A DNA stretch of 61,096 bases from positions 1 to 61,096 of the forward strand of contig CAMBSX010000002.1 in assembly GCA_945870655.1 (NCBI GenBank). Reading direction: 5' to 3'. Shown here piece by piece: positions 35,717 through 44,104 of the stretch; the stretch's first letter is position 1, and every line of letters starts with the position of its first letter. Made by a program: the position numbers and the translations under genes. The notes under the pieces are model-generated. The model did no database searches and was not told the origin of the DNA. It was given only the letters and a program-made list of their open reading frames with translations. Source of the stretch: Chthoniobacter flavus. Its GTDB lineage: Bacteria; Verrucomicrobiota; Verrucomicrobiia; Chthoniobacterales; JACTMZ01.

Positions 35717-37258
35717 TTACTGCTGCACGCTGGTGACCGCTTCCATCACGCGGTCGAGGTTAAAGCTGCCGGGTTTCTGGCGAGGCGGATATTCTTTGAA
35801 GCTCTGCAACCATTGGCCCACGTAGCCGGTGGCGGGGGCGATGACGAACATGTGCTCGAGGTACCAGCGGCCGTAATCCATGCCGATATCCTGGGCCAGT
35901 TCGAACGGATCCATGCGGAGGTTGTTGAGGATGGGGGCGCGTAATTCAACGAAAGGCTGTTGCCAGACGTGAAGTCCGTGGGCCTGCTGCTCGAGGAAGG
36001 TGATCTTCCAGTTGTCATAGCGCAAGGCAGCGACACTGCCGTCATCGGTCCAGTAAATGAACTCGCGGCGCGGCCAGGCGCCTTCGCCTTGGAAGGCGGG
36101 CAGAAGGTTGTAGCCGTCGAGGTGGACCTTGTAATTACGGTCGCCGATTTTGGCCCCTTTGAGCAGCTGCTCTTTGGCGTCAGGGTTGCCGGCGGCCGCG
36201 ACGAGGGTGGGCAGCATGTCTTCGTGGGCGGCGATGTCGTTGATTACCGTGCCGGGTTGGATGGTGCCCGGCCAGCGGATCATGGCGGGGACGCGGTAGC
36301 CGCCTTCCCACTGGGTGTTTTTCTCTCCGCGGAACATGGTGGTGCCTCCGTCGGGCCAGGTGAAAGCTTCGGCGCCGTTGTCGGTCGAATACATCACGAT
36401 GGTATTTTCCTCGAGGCCGAGTTCCTTGAGTTTGGCCAGAATCAGGCCGACGTGTCCGTCATGCTCGACCATGCCGTCGGCGTAAATGCCGAGGCCCGTC
36501 TTGCCGTCGGATTCTTCCTTCAGGTGGGTGAAGATGTGCATACGAGTCGAGTTCCACCAGAGGAAGAAGGGTTTGTCGTCCTTGGCCGCCCGCTCCATGA
36601 AATCGAGGGCCTTGGCGTTGACTTCCTCGTCGATGGTCTCCATGCGCTTGCGGGTCAGTGGGCCGGTGTCCTCGATTTTTCCGCCGGCGAAACTGTGGAT
36701 CACGCCGCGAGGTGCCCATTTCTTTTTGAACTCCGGGGTTTGCGGATAGTCCTGGTGCTCGGGTTCCTCCTCGGCGTTGAGGTGGTAAAGGTTGCCGAAG
36801 AATTCGTCGAAGCCGTGGTTGGTCGGCAGCATGTTGTCGCGGTCACCGAGATGGTTCTTGCCGAATTGTCCGGTCACGTAGCCCTGCGCTTTGAGTAGCG
36901 TGGCGATCGTCGGGTCTTCTTCCTTCATGCCTTCGGGTGCCCCCGGCAGGCCGACCTTGGTCAAGCCGGTGCGGATGGGGGATTGCCCCGTGATGAAAGC
37001 GGCGCGTCCCGCGGTGCAGGATTGCTGGCCATACCAGTCGGTGAAAAGCGCGCCCTGTTTGGCGATGCTGTCGATGTGGGGTGTCCGGTAGCCCATCATG
37101 CCCATGTTGTAGGCGCTGATGTTGAACTGACCGATATCGTCACCCCAGATGACAAGGATGTTCGGTTTTTTGGCGACTGCTTGTGCCAGGAGAGAGGGGA
37201 CCGTCAGGACGGTGATGGCGGCGAGGGTGGCGCAGAGGAGGCGGCTTTTCTTTGGCAT
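35717..37258 (-). CDS. Arylsulfatase (type I, formylglycine-dependent)
   Basis: Start taken at ATG 37258 (MPKKSRLLCATLAAITVLTVPSLLAQA signal peptide). PNILVIWGDDIG, sulfatase core C-T-A-G-R-AAFITG (codons 37004-37018, matching the (C/S)-x-(P/A)-x-R consensus), GKNHLGD, YSTDNG. The 101 aa upstream in track ORF ..37561 are R/P-rich and rejected. Confidence 0.85.
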   Translation of the reverse strand: MPKKSRLLCATLAAITVLTVPSLLAQAVAKKPNILVIWGDDIGQFNISAYNMGMMGYRTPHIDSIAKQGALFTDWYGQQSCTAGRAAFITGQSPIRTGLTKVGLPGAPEGMKEEDPTIATLLKAQGYVTGQFGKNHLGDRDNMLPTNHGFDEFFGNLYHLNAEEEPEHQDYPQTPEFKKKWAPRGVIHSFAGGKIEDTGPLTRKRMETIDEEVNAKALDFMERAAKDDKPFFLWWNSTRMHIFTHLKEESDGKTGLGIYADGMVEHDGHVGLILAKLKELGLEENTIVMYSTDNGAEAFTWPDGGTTMFRGEKNTQWEGGYRVPAMIRWPGTIQPGTVINDIAAHEDMLPTLVAAAGNPDAKEQLLKGAKIGDRNYKVHLDGYNLLPAFQGEGAWPRREFIYWTDDGSVAALRYDNWKITFLEQQAHGLHVWQQPFVELRAPILNNLRMDPFELAQDIGMDYGRWYLEHMFVIAPATGYVGQWLQSFKEYPPRQKPGSFNLDRVMEAVTSVQQ

Positions 37259-37446
37259 GGTCGGACTGGTTTGGCCGAAGGGCGGGTGTTTTTGCCCCAG
37301 GCTGGCCGAAATAATAGCCATATGCTGGGGGGGTCTTACCATGCAAAATGCGTAAAAAGATACCAGGCCCCGACCACAAGGGTTCCTTTCCGTAGGGGAT
37401 CGGGGTTCGTCCGTGACCGAGTGGCCAGGCGCCGTGTTCAGTTGCT

Positions 37447-39093
37447 TCAGTGCTTGCGGAGAATCCTTGCCAACTCCGCGATGCCTTCGGGGTTTTCGTG
37501 GGTGCCGTGGCCGGAGGGGACGATTTTTTCGGAGCGCGCATCGGCCAGGTGCGAACTCCAATAAGGCACGACGCCGTCGGAACTGTCCGGATTATCCCCT
37601 CTGCCGCGGTCGCCGACGACCGAGTGGTAAGGCACGCTGGGCTTCATCGGAAGATTGAGGATGGCAGCCAAAAGCGGCGATCTGGCCCGGAGGAAGACGA
37701 TGCTATTGGCGGGGGCGACAAACAGTTCGCGCAGTTCTTGGCGCAGGGCCTGGCGGATGGTGATCATATCGCGCTGGGCAATGGTGAAGGGAAGGCGTAC
37801 GAGGCGGGCGAAAAATTCGGCGAAGGGATTGACCGCCAAATCGCTCCCGCGGTGCGGAGTGGCGAAGAAAACCACCCGGCCCACGTCGTTGCGCGGGCCG
37901 AAGTTGATGATCCTGAGCAAGCGCTCCCTGGTCTGCGCAGTGAGGTCGAGCTTTTCCGGCGGCGTATTCATGAACTGCTGCCAGAGATGCTTCCCCCCGG
38001 TGCGGATTTGCAGCCCCGAGACCAGTCCGCCCATGCTGTGTCCGACCATCACCATGCGGTCGAGGTTCGGGTTGGCCCGGCGCGGATCGAGTGTGGTGCG
38101 GAAGCGGTCCATTTCCTCGCGCAACTTCGCGGCCGTGGCCCATACGGGCAGACCGGTCGGATAAAGGAAAAACCAGAACTGATAGCGCTCGCGGATCTTT
38201 TCGTCGGCCATCAGCTCGTTGACCGCCGGCACCCAGGTTTCCGGACGGGACAAGAGACCGTGGACGAAGACCACGGGGATTTTTCCGGGATCGTAGGGGG
38301 AAAATTGGAAGAGACCGGCCTGGTCCATGGTCAAGTCGGTGCGGATGAGAGAGCGGACATCCATGCTGCGGTTGCGGCCTTTGGAGAGCATGTAGGCGAG
38401 CGGGGCGGTGAAATCAGCCGCGAGTTTGGTGCGGCGTCCGTTCATAACCACATCGTCGTCCTTGCTCGTGCGGTAGAAAACGAGCTGCGGTTGCCCGCGG
38501 TCGGAACGCAAGATGGCGGTGACGGCTTCGGTCATTCCGGCCTGCGGAGGGATCCCGGGTTGCCCGCTCAGGTGCGGTGATGACGGCACATAGCGCACCA
38601 CGTAGGGTGCGCCCGCGCCATCTTGGATGGTGCGAACCCGAAGCCTTTCGATACGCAAAGCGGAAGCCGGAACGAGTTCGTCCGCGCCGCGCGGGTCCAT
38701 GGTGCGGTCCGACGTGCCGGCCACGCTCAAGGTCTTGCCGTCCCGTAAGGCAAGCGGCGCGAACTGGCGTGCCTGCATGGCGGATACCAGTGTCTCGGTC
38801 GCCGTTTGATTGATCTGATGTTGCGTACTGCCGAGACGTGCGGTGCCGGTTAGTTGTATGGCCTCGACGAGGTCCGAAACTTTTTCCGTCTCGCCGACAC
38901 CGCGGCCGACCGCCTGCTTGAGGAGCGCGGCGGCGCGGTCGTTTCCGTTGTGCGCCGCCAAATTGCGTGCCTCGCCTTGCCGGGCCGATAAACTTTGCAC
39001 TTGCAAGCCGACGACGGTGCATCCGGTGAAGAGAGAGACCATGGCGACGGCGGCCAAGGCGTGGAGGGTGGCGAGGAGAGGACGGGCATCCAT
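37447..39093 (-). CDS. Lipoprotein with a C-terminal alpha/beta-hydrolase (esterase/lipase-like) domain
   Basis: Lipobox MVSLFTGC. The N-terminal 260 aa or so are unassigned. C-terminal fold with VVFVHGLLS and nucleophile elbow MVGHSMGG. Confidence 0.7.
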   Translation of the reverse strand: MDARPLLATLHALAAVAMVSLFTGCTVVGLQVQSLSARQGEARNLAAHNGNDRAAALLKQAVGRGVGETEKVSDLVEAIQLTGTARLGSTQHQINQTATETLVSAMQARQFAPLALRDGKTLSVAGTSDRTMDPRGADELVPASALRIERLRVRTIQDGAGAPYVVRYVPSSPHLSGQPGIPPQAGMTEAVTAILRSDRGQPQLVFYRTSKDDDVVMNGRRTKLAADFTAPLAYMLSKGRNRSMDVRSLIRTDLTMDQAGLFQFSPYDPGKIPVVFVHGLLSRPETWVPAVNELMADEKIRERYQFWFFLYPTGLPVWATAAKLREEMDRFRTTLDPRRANPNLDRMVMVGHSMGGLVSGLQIRTGGKHLWQQFMNTPPEKLDLTAQTRERLLRIINFGPRNDVGRVVFFATPHRGSDLAVNPFAEFFARLVRLPFTIAQRDMITIRQALRQELRELFVAPANSIVFLRARSPLLAAILNLPMKPSVPYHSVVGDRGRGDNPDSSDGVVPYWSSHLADARSEKIVPSGHGTHENPEGIAELARILRKH

Positions 39094-39137
39094 GGCAGGG
39101 TGAACCTATCGGGATAGGCGGTGATGGAAAGCCTGCC

Positions 39138-40478
39138 CTATGTTTCCGGCGCTTGGGTGAGGAGCGTGCGCCAGTGTGCCAGGCGTTCGGCGATGCGCTT
39201 TTCTTCGCCGCGGTCCGAGGGCTCGTAGAAGACGCGGCCCTCGGGCAGGTAGGCCTGCGGGATGTAGGCGCCGGGGAAGTTGTGGGAGTATTGGTAGGAG
39301 GGGGCAGGATCGGTCTCACCGGTGGTTTTGGGGTGCTTGTCGCGCAGATGCTCGGGGACGGCGAGGGTGCGGCCTTTTTGCAGGTCGGACTGCGCGGCCC
39401 GGAGTCCGGCGTAGGCCGTGTTGCTCTTCGGCGCGGTGGCCAGATAAACGGTGGCGTGGGCCAACGGGATCTGCGCCTCGGGCAAGCCGAGGAATTCGCA
39501 GGCCTGCTGGGCGGCGACGGCGAGGAGCAGCCCGCGGGAGTCGGCCAGGCCGATGTCCTCGCTGGCGGCAATAACGAGGCGCCGGGCGATGAAGCGGATG
39601 TCCTCCCCGGCATGGAGCATTTTGGCCAACCAATAGAGCGCGGCGTCGGGATCGCTGCCGCGGATGCTTTTGATGAAGGCGCTGATCGTATCGTAGTGCG
39701 CATCATCCTTGGCATCGTAGACCACGGCTTTGCGTTGGATGCTTTCCTCGATGACGGCGCGGGTCAGGCGGATGGCACCATCCGCCGACGGTTCGGTGGT
39801 CAGCGCGGCCAACTCGAGGGCATTGAGGCAGCGGCGGGCGTCGCCGTCGCAGATCTCGGCCAGGTGCGCGGCAGCATCTTCATCAAGGCCGATCTTCTTG
39901 GTGCCCAGACCGCGTTCCGCATCGGTCAAAGCACGGTCCAGGAGCGAGCGCAGATTTGCGGACGAGAGCGGACGAAGCTCGAAGACAAGCGAGCGGGAGA
40001 CAAGCGGGCTGTTGACGTAGAAAAACGGATTCATCGTCGTCGCCCCGATCAGCCGCACCGTGCCGCGCTCCACGTCGGGGAGGAGGACATCCTGCTGGGC
40101 TTTGTTGAAGCGGTGGATTTCGTCGATGAAGAGGACGGTACGGGTGCCGTCGCGGGCCAGGCGCAGGGCGGCTGCGGCCATGACCTTGCGCATTTCGGCT
40201 ACCGTGCTCTCCACGCCGCTGAGGCGTTCGAAACGGGCGTTGGTGGTGCGGGCGATGATCTCGGCCAGGCTGGTCTTGCCCGTGCCCGGCGGACCGTAGA
40301 GGACGACGGACGAAAACCGGTCGGCTTCGATGGCGCGACGGAGAAGTTTGCCGGGCCCGAGGATGTGTTCCTGCCCGGCGTATTCGTCCAAGGATCGCGG
40401 CCGCATCCGCTCGGCCAGCGGGGCGTGGGCCGCCGCGATGGAGGTTGCCTCGGCGGCGAAAAGGTCGTCGGAGGCCAT
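39138..40478 (-). CDS. rarA: Replication-associated recombination protein A (AAA+ ATPase RarA/MgsA)
   Basis: Walker A GPPGTGKTSLAEIIA, Walker B VLFIDEIHRFNKAQQD, LIGATTMNP, and C-terminal MgsA domain (DAHYDTISAFIKSIRGSDPDAALYWLAKML). Confidence 0.92.
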   Translation of the reverse strand: MASDDLFAAEATSIAAAHAPLAERMRPRSLDEYAGQEHILGPGKLLRRAIEADRFSSVVLYGPPGTGKTSLAEIIARTTNARFERLSGVESTVAEMRKVMAAAALRLARDGTRTVLFIDEIHRFNKAQQDVLLPDVERGTVRLIGATTMNPFFYVNSPLVSRSLVFELRPLSSANLRSLLDRALTDAERGLGTKKIGLDEDAAAHLAEICDGDARRCLNALELAALTTEPSADGAIRLTRAVIEESIQRKAVVYDAKDDAHYDTISAFIKSIRGSDPDAALYWLAKMLHAGEDIRFIARRLVIAASEDIGLADSRGLLLAVAAQQACEFLGLPEAQIPLAHATVYLATAPKSNTAYAGLRAAQSDLQKGRTLAVPEHLRDKHPKTTGETDPAPSYQYSHNFPGAYIPQAYLPEGRVFYEPSDRGEEKRIAERLAHWRTLLTQAPET

Positions 40479-40533
40479 AATCAGACTAATTTAGCTTGGA
40501 CCCGCGGCGGGGCGAGGCGGATATTGCCTGACT

Positions 40534-41796
40534 ATGGAGGACTTGGGGCAACAGATTGAGGAACTCGGTCAAAAGGCGCGTGCGGCGGCGCGGGTCCTGG
40601 CCTTGTCTTCGAAGGATCAAAAAAATGCGGCGCTCATGGCCATGGCCGATGCCTTGGAGGCTTCCGGGGAGGAGATCCTCGCCGCCAACGGCAGGGATCT
40701 CGCGGCGGCACCGGGCTATGGTCTCAATGCCGCGGCGGTGGATCGTCTCAAGCTGGATGCCGCACGCATCCGGGCCATGGCGGAAGGCGTGCGCCAGGTG
40801 GCGTCCCTGCCCGATCCGTGCGGGGAAATCATCCGCGAATGGACGCGTCCGAACGGGATAACCATCACCAAGATCCGCGTGCCGATCGGGGTGGTCGGGA
40901 TTATTTACGAGTCGCGTCCGAATGTGACGGCCGATGCGGCGGTGCTTTGTTTGAAATCCGGCAATGCGTGCATCCTGCGCGGTGGCAAGGAGGCGATTCA
41001 TTCCAATACGGCGATCGCGCGGGCCCTTTCCGCGGGGGCGGTCAAGGCGGACCTGCCGGCGGAGGTGATTCAATTGGTGCCTTTCACCGACCGCGAGGGG
41101 GTGCGGTTGCTGGCGCAGATGGACCGCTACCTTGATGTCATCGTGCCGCGGGGTGGTCATGCGCTGATCGAAGCGGTGGTCGAGCATGCGCGCATGCCGG
41201 TGATCAAGCATTACCACGGGGTGTGTCACGTCTACGTGGACAAGAGTGCCGACCTGGCCATGGCCGAGCGCCTTGCGGTCAATGCCAAATGCCAGCGTCC
41301 GGGGGTGTGCAACGCGATGGAGACGTTGTTGGTCCATCGCGAGGTGGCGGAGAAGTTCTTGCCTTCCGTGGCCCGGGTTCTCCGCGACCAAGGGGTCGAG
41401 TTGCGGGGGGATCACCGGACTTGTGAAGTGCTCGGTGCGGGGACCAAAGCAGCGACCGAGGAGGATTGGACGACGGAGTACCTCGATCTGATCCTGAGTA
41501 TCCGCGTGGTGGATTCCCTCGAGGCGGCGATCGACCACATCGAGCATTACGGTTCGCATCATAGTGATTCCATTGTGACGACCGATGAGGCGGCGGCGCG
41601 GAAATTTCTGGCCGCGGTGGATTCGGCGGCGGTCTTTTGGAATGTTTCCACGCGTTTCAGCGATGGCGGGGAATTTGGCTTTGGCGCGGAAATCGGGATC
41701 AGCACGGACAAATTGCATGCGCGGGGGCCGATGGGGTTGGAGGAATTGACCACCTACAAGTATCTCCTGACCGGCGCCGGTCAGGTGCGGGGTTGA
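40534..41796 (+). CDS. proA: Gamma-glutamyl phosphate reductase
   Basis: 420 aa. IGVVGIIYESRPNVT, CNAMETLLVH (catalytic Cys region), HGSHHSDSIVT, VNASTRF-type motif (VFWNVSTRFSDGGEFGFGAEIGIST). Confidence 0.95.
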   Translation: MEDLGQQIEELGQKARAAARVLALSSKDQKNAALMAMADALEASGEEILAANGRDLAAAPGYGLNAAAVDRLKLDAARIRAMAEGVRQVASLPDPCGEIIREWTRPNGITITKIRVPIGVVGIIYESRPNVTADAAVLCLKSGNACILRGGKEAIHSNTAIARALSAGAVKADLPAEVIQLVPFTDREGVRLLAQMDRYLDVIVPRGGHALIEAVVEHARMPVIKHYHGVCHVYVDKSADLAMAERLAVNAKCQRPGVCNAMETLLVHREVAEKFLPSVARVLRDQGVELRGDHRTCEVLGAGTKAATEEDWTTEYLDLILSIRVVDSLEAAIDHIEHYGSHHSDSIVTTDEAAARKFLAAVDSAAVFWNVSTRFSDGGEFGFGAEIGISTDKLHARGPMGLEELTTYKYLLTGAGQVRG

Positions 41797-41799
41797 GCG

Positions 41800-42075
41800 A
41801 TGGGGAAAACAGTGCAGGTTTTTTACGAGGGCCGCGTCCAGGGTGTGGGCTTTCGTTACACAGCGCGTCGCGTCGCGGCGGGGTATGATGTGGCCGGGTA
41901 TGTGCGGAATCTTCCGGACGGGCGGGTTGAATTGGTCGCTTCGGGGGACAACGAGGAGGTAGACGGATTTTTGCAAGGGGTCCGGGAGAGCGAGTTGGCG
42001 GGGCATGTGGCCACGGAGGAAGTGGGCCAGATCGGAAAACCGGCGGGATTGCGCGGCTTTGAAATCCGCTTTTAG
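41800..42075 (+). CDS. acyP: Acylphosphatase
   Basis: 91 aa. V-x-G-x-V-Q-G-V-G-F-R signature (FYEGRVQGVGFRYTARR) and GYVRNLPDGRVELVASG. It starts 3 nt after the proA stop. Confidence 0.85.
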   Translation: MGKTVQVFYEGRVQGVGFRYTARRVAAGYDVAGYVRNLPDGRVELVASGDNEEVDGFLQGVRESELAGHVATEEVGQIGKPAGLRGFEIRF

Positions 42076-42283
42076 GGAACCCCAGAGGTGGAGAAGGCGG
42101 GGACGAGGGGCCGAGACCTGAACCGGAGGCCGCAGGCCGGAGATAGGCAGCGGCAGTGACCAAACCTGAGGGAAGAGAAGATGATGGAAGAAGGTTCGGG
42201 GCGGAGTGTCTTTTCTTATCTCCTCGGCGCGGAAAAGGGGGCTTGGGAAAATGGGACGGACGGGTTTATGGTTTGACCGTCTT

Positions 42284-43159
42284 ATGAGTGCCGCGCCGGT
42301 TGAAATCGAACACCTAACCAAGGTCTTCAAGGTTCCCATGCGCCGGGAGCGGGTCGTGGCGGTGCGGGATCTTTCGATCAGGGTCGAACCGGGGGAGGTT
42401 TACGGATTGCTTGGGCCGAATGGGTCGGGGAAGAGTACGACGCTGAAGATTCTCCTCGGACTGGTTTCGCCGACACGTGGAAAGACGAAAGTTTTCGGCG
42501 AGGACAGTGCCTGGGTGCGCAGCCGGAAGGATGTCGGGTTTGTGCCGGAAAACCCTTATTTTTACAAATTCCTCAGCGGGGCGGAGACCGTGCGGTTTTT
42601 CGGGAAGCTGAGCGGGATGGGCGGCGCGGTTTTGGAAGCACGGGTCAAGGAGTTGCTCGAATTGGTCGGCCTGACCGAGGCCGCGGACCGCAGGGTGGGC
42701 GCCTACTCGAAGGGGATGCTGCAACGCATCGGCCTGGCGCAAGCCCTGGTCCAAGATCCGGGATTGCTGGTGCTCGATGAGCCGACGGCCGGGGTCGACC
42801 CGGTCGGGTCGCGCGAGATCCGCGATTTGATTTTGGAGCTGAAGGCGCGCGGCAAGACCATCATGCTTTGCTCGCATCTTCTTTCGCAAGTGCAGGAGAT
42901 TTGCGATCGGGTGGGGATTCTGGCCCGCGGCCAGTTGGTGCGCGAAGGGCGAGTGGAAGATCTCCTCGCAGTGCGAGACCGTACGGAAGTCGTGCTCGAG
43001 CAGGTTTCGCCGGAAAAGTTGTCCGCACTGCAAGAAACCGCGGAAAAGCTCGGGCTGAAAATAGTCTCCAGCGGACGGCCGCAGACCACCTTGGAGAATT
43101 TGTTTCTTGAGGCGATTGAGCCGGGGCAGTCGGCGGACGCGGGGTCGGGGAGGAAGTAG
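42284..43159 (+). CDS. ABC transporter ATP-binding protein (ABC-2/exporter-type), with no adjacent permease
   Basis: Start taken at ATG 42284 (MSAAPVEIEHLTKVF). Walker A GPNGSGKST, signature YSKGMLQRIGLAQA, Walker B LLVLDEPTAGVD. Confidence 0.85.
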   Translation: MSAAPVEIEHLTKVFKVPMRRERVVAVRDLSIRVEPGEVYGLLGPNGSGKSTTLKILLGLVSPTRGKTKVFGEDSAWVRSRKDVGFVPENPYFYKFLSGAETVRFFGKLSGMGGAVLEARVKELLELVGLTEAADRRVGAYSKGMLQRIGLAQALVQDPGLLVLDEPTAGVDPVGSREIRDLILELKARGKTIMLCSHLLSQVQEICDRVGILARGQLVREGRVEDLLAVRDRTEVVLEQVSPEKLSALQETAEKLGLKIVSSGRPQTTLENLFLEAIEPGQSADAGSGRK

Positions 43160-43226
43160 TGGAAGGGCGGAGGCTCGGGTTTGAGACGTGAGTGAAAGGT
43201 GGAACGCGTCCCCCGGACGCGATGGA

Positions 43227-43252
43227 TGCGGTCCGCTGGCGTGCGGTCCGCT
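43227..43252. repeat. Two copies of TGCGGTCCGCT in the convergent spacer between the ABC ATPase and tpiA
   Basis: TGCGGTCCGCT occurs at 43227-43237 and again at 43242-43252 (15-nt register). Each copy contains the near-palindrome GCGGTCCGC. A GCGTCC/GGACGC hairpin lies just upstream (43206-43220). Confidence 0.5.
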
Positions 43253-43288
43253 TGCCCAGCGGGCCCTGACGGGGAAGATGCAGGGGGA

Positions 43289-44053
43289 CTACTTGCGGGC
43301 GGCAGCTTGGACGATTTTGGCGAAGCTGCGGGGATCAAGGCTGGCCCCGCCGACCAGAGCACCGTCGATGTCGGGTTGGTGGAGGAGCTCTTTGGCGTTG
43401 TCCGGCTTGACGCTGCCGCCGTATTGGATGCGAACTTTGGCCGCAGTGGCGGGGTCGAAAATCTCGGCCAGTGTCTTGCGGATAAAGGCGTGGGCTTCCT
43501 GGGCTTGCTCGGGCGTGGCCGTGCGGCCGGTGCCGATGGCCCAGACGGGTTCATAAGCAATGACCGTGTCGAGCATCTGTTCGGCGTCGAGTCCGGCCAG
43601 GCTGCCTTTCAGTTGCTTGGCCAGAACCTCATGATGGCGGTCGGCGTCCCGTTCTTCGAGGGTTTCGCCGACGCAAAGGATGGGGCGCAGGCTGGCCGCG
43701 TGAGCGGCTTTGACCTTTTTGTTCACCAACTCGTCGGTCTCGCCGAAGATAATCCGGCGCTCGCTGTGCCCAAGGACAACATAGCGGGTGAAAAACTCGC
43801 GGAGCATGCCGGCACTAACTTCGCCGGTGAAAGCGCCGGACGGCTCGTGCCACATGTTTTGCGCACCAAGTGTGATGCCGGGAAGTTCTGAGATGATCTC
43901 GGACAAACGGGGGAGGGCGGTGAAAGACGGGATGATGACAATTTCTGCGCCGTCGAAGTTTTTCAACTCCAGCTTGAGGTCCTCCATGAACGATACACCT
44001 TCGCCGGAGGTCATGTTCATTTTCCAATTCGCAGCAATGATCTTTTTACGCAT
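43289..44053 (-). CDS. tpiA: Triosephosphate isomerase
   Basis: Start at ATG 44053 (MRKKIIAANWKMN). Motifs VVLGHSERR, CVGETLEERD, IAYEPVWAIGTG, YGGSVKPDN. Confidence 0.92.
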   Translation of the reverse strand: MRKKIIAANWKMNMTSGEGVSFMEDLKLELKNFDGAEIVIIPSFTALPRLSEIISELPGITLGAQNMWHEPSGAFTGEVSAGMLREFFTRYVVLGHSERRIIFGETDELVNKKVKAAHAASLRPILCVGETLEERDADRHHEVLAKQLKGSLAGLDAEQMLDTVIAYEPVWAIGTGRTATPEQAQEAHAFIRKTLAEIFDPATAAKVRIQYGGSVKPDNAKELLHQPDIDGALVGGASLDPRSFAKIVQAAARK

Positions 44054-44104
44054 AAAACTCAGGACTTTGGCCTTGTCCGCGCCTCCTGACAAGCATGCTC
44101 GCGG

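Noticed and set aside
37340-37400. Possible intrinsic terminator for the alpha/beta-hydrolase gene (minus strand CCCCGA…TCGGGG followed by …TCTTTTT)
   Set aside because: The stem is only 6 bp with a loop of about 26 nt, and the U-run is displaced by 8 nt. This is too weak to call.
37259-37561. N-terminal 101-aa extension of the sulfatase track ORF, and the 13484..13732, 24237..24332, 27420..27716, 44054..44092, 45158..45295 and 49384..49578 extensions of other track ORFs
   Set aside because: In each case a downstream Met gives a canonical N-terminus (a signal peptide or a family-typical start), often with an ATGA overlap to the upstream gene. The extension would also overlap a well-supported neighbouring CDS.
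40486-42339. 617-aa minus-strand ORF antisense to proA and acyP
   Set aside because: proA and acyP are unambiguous on the plus strand. The antisense product is R/P/H-rich low complexity.
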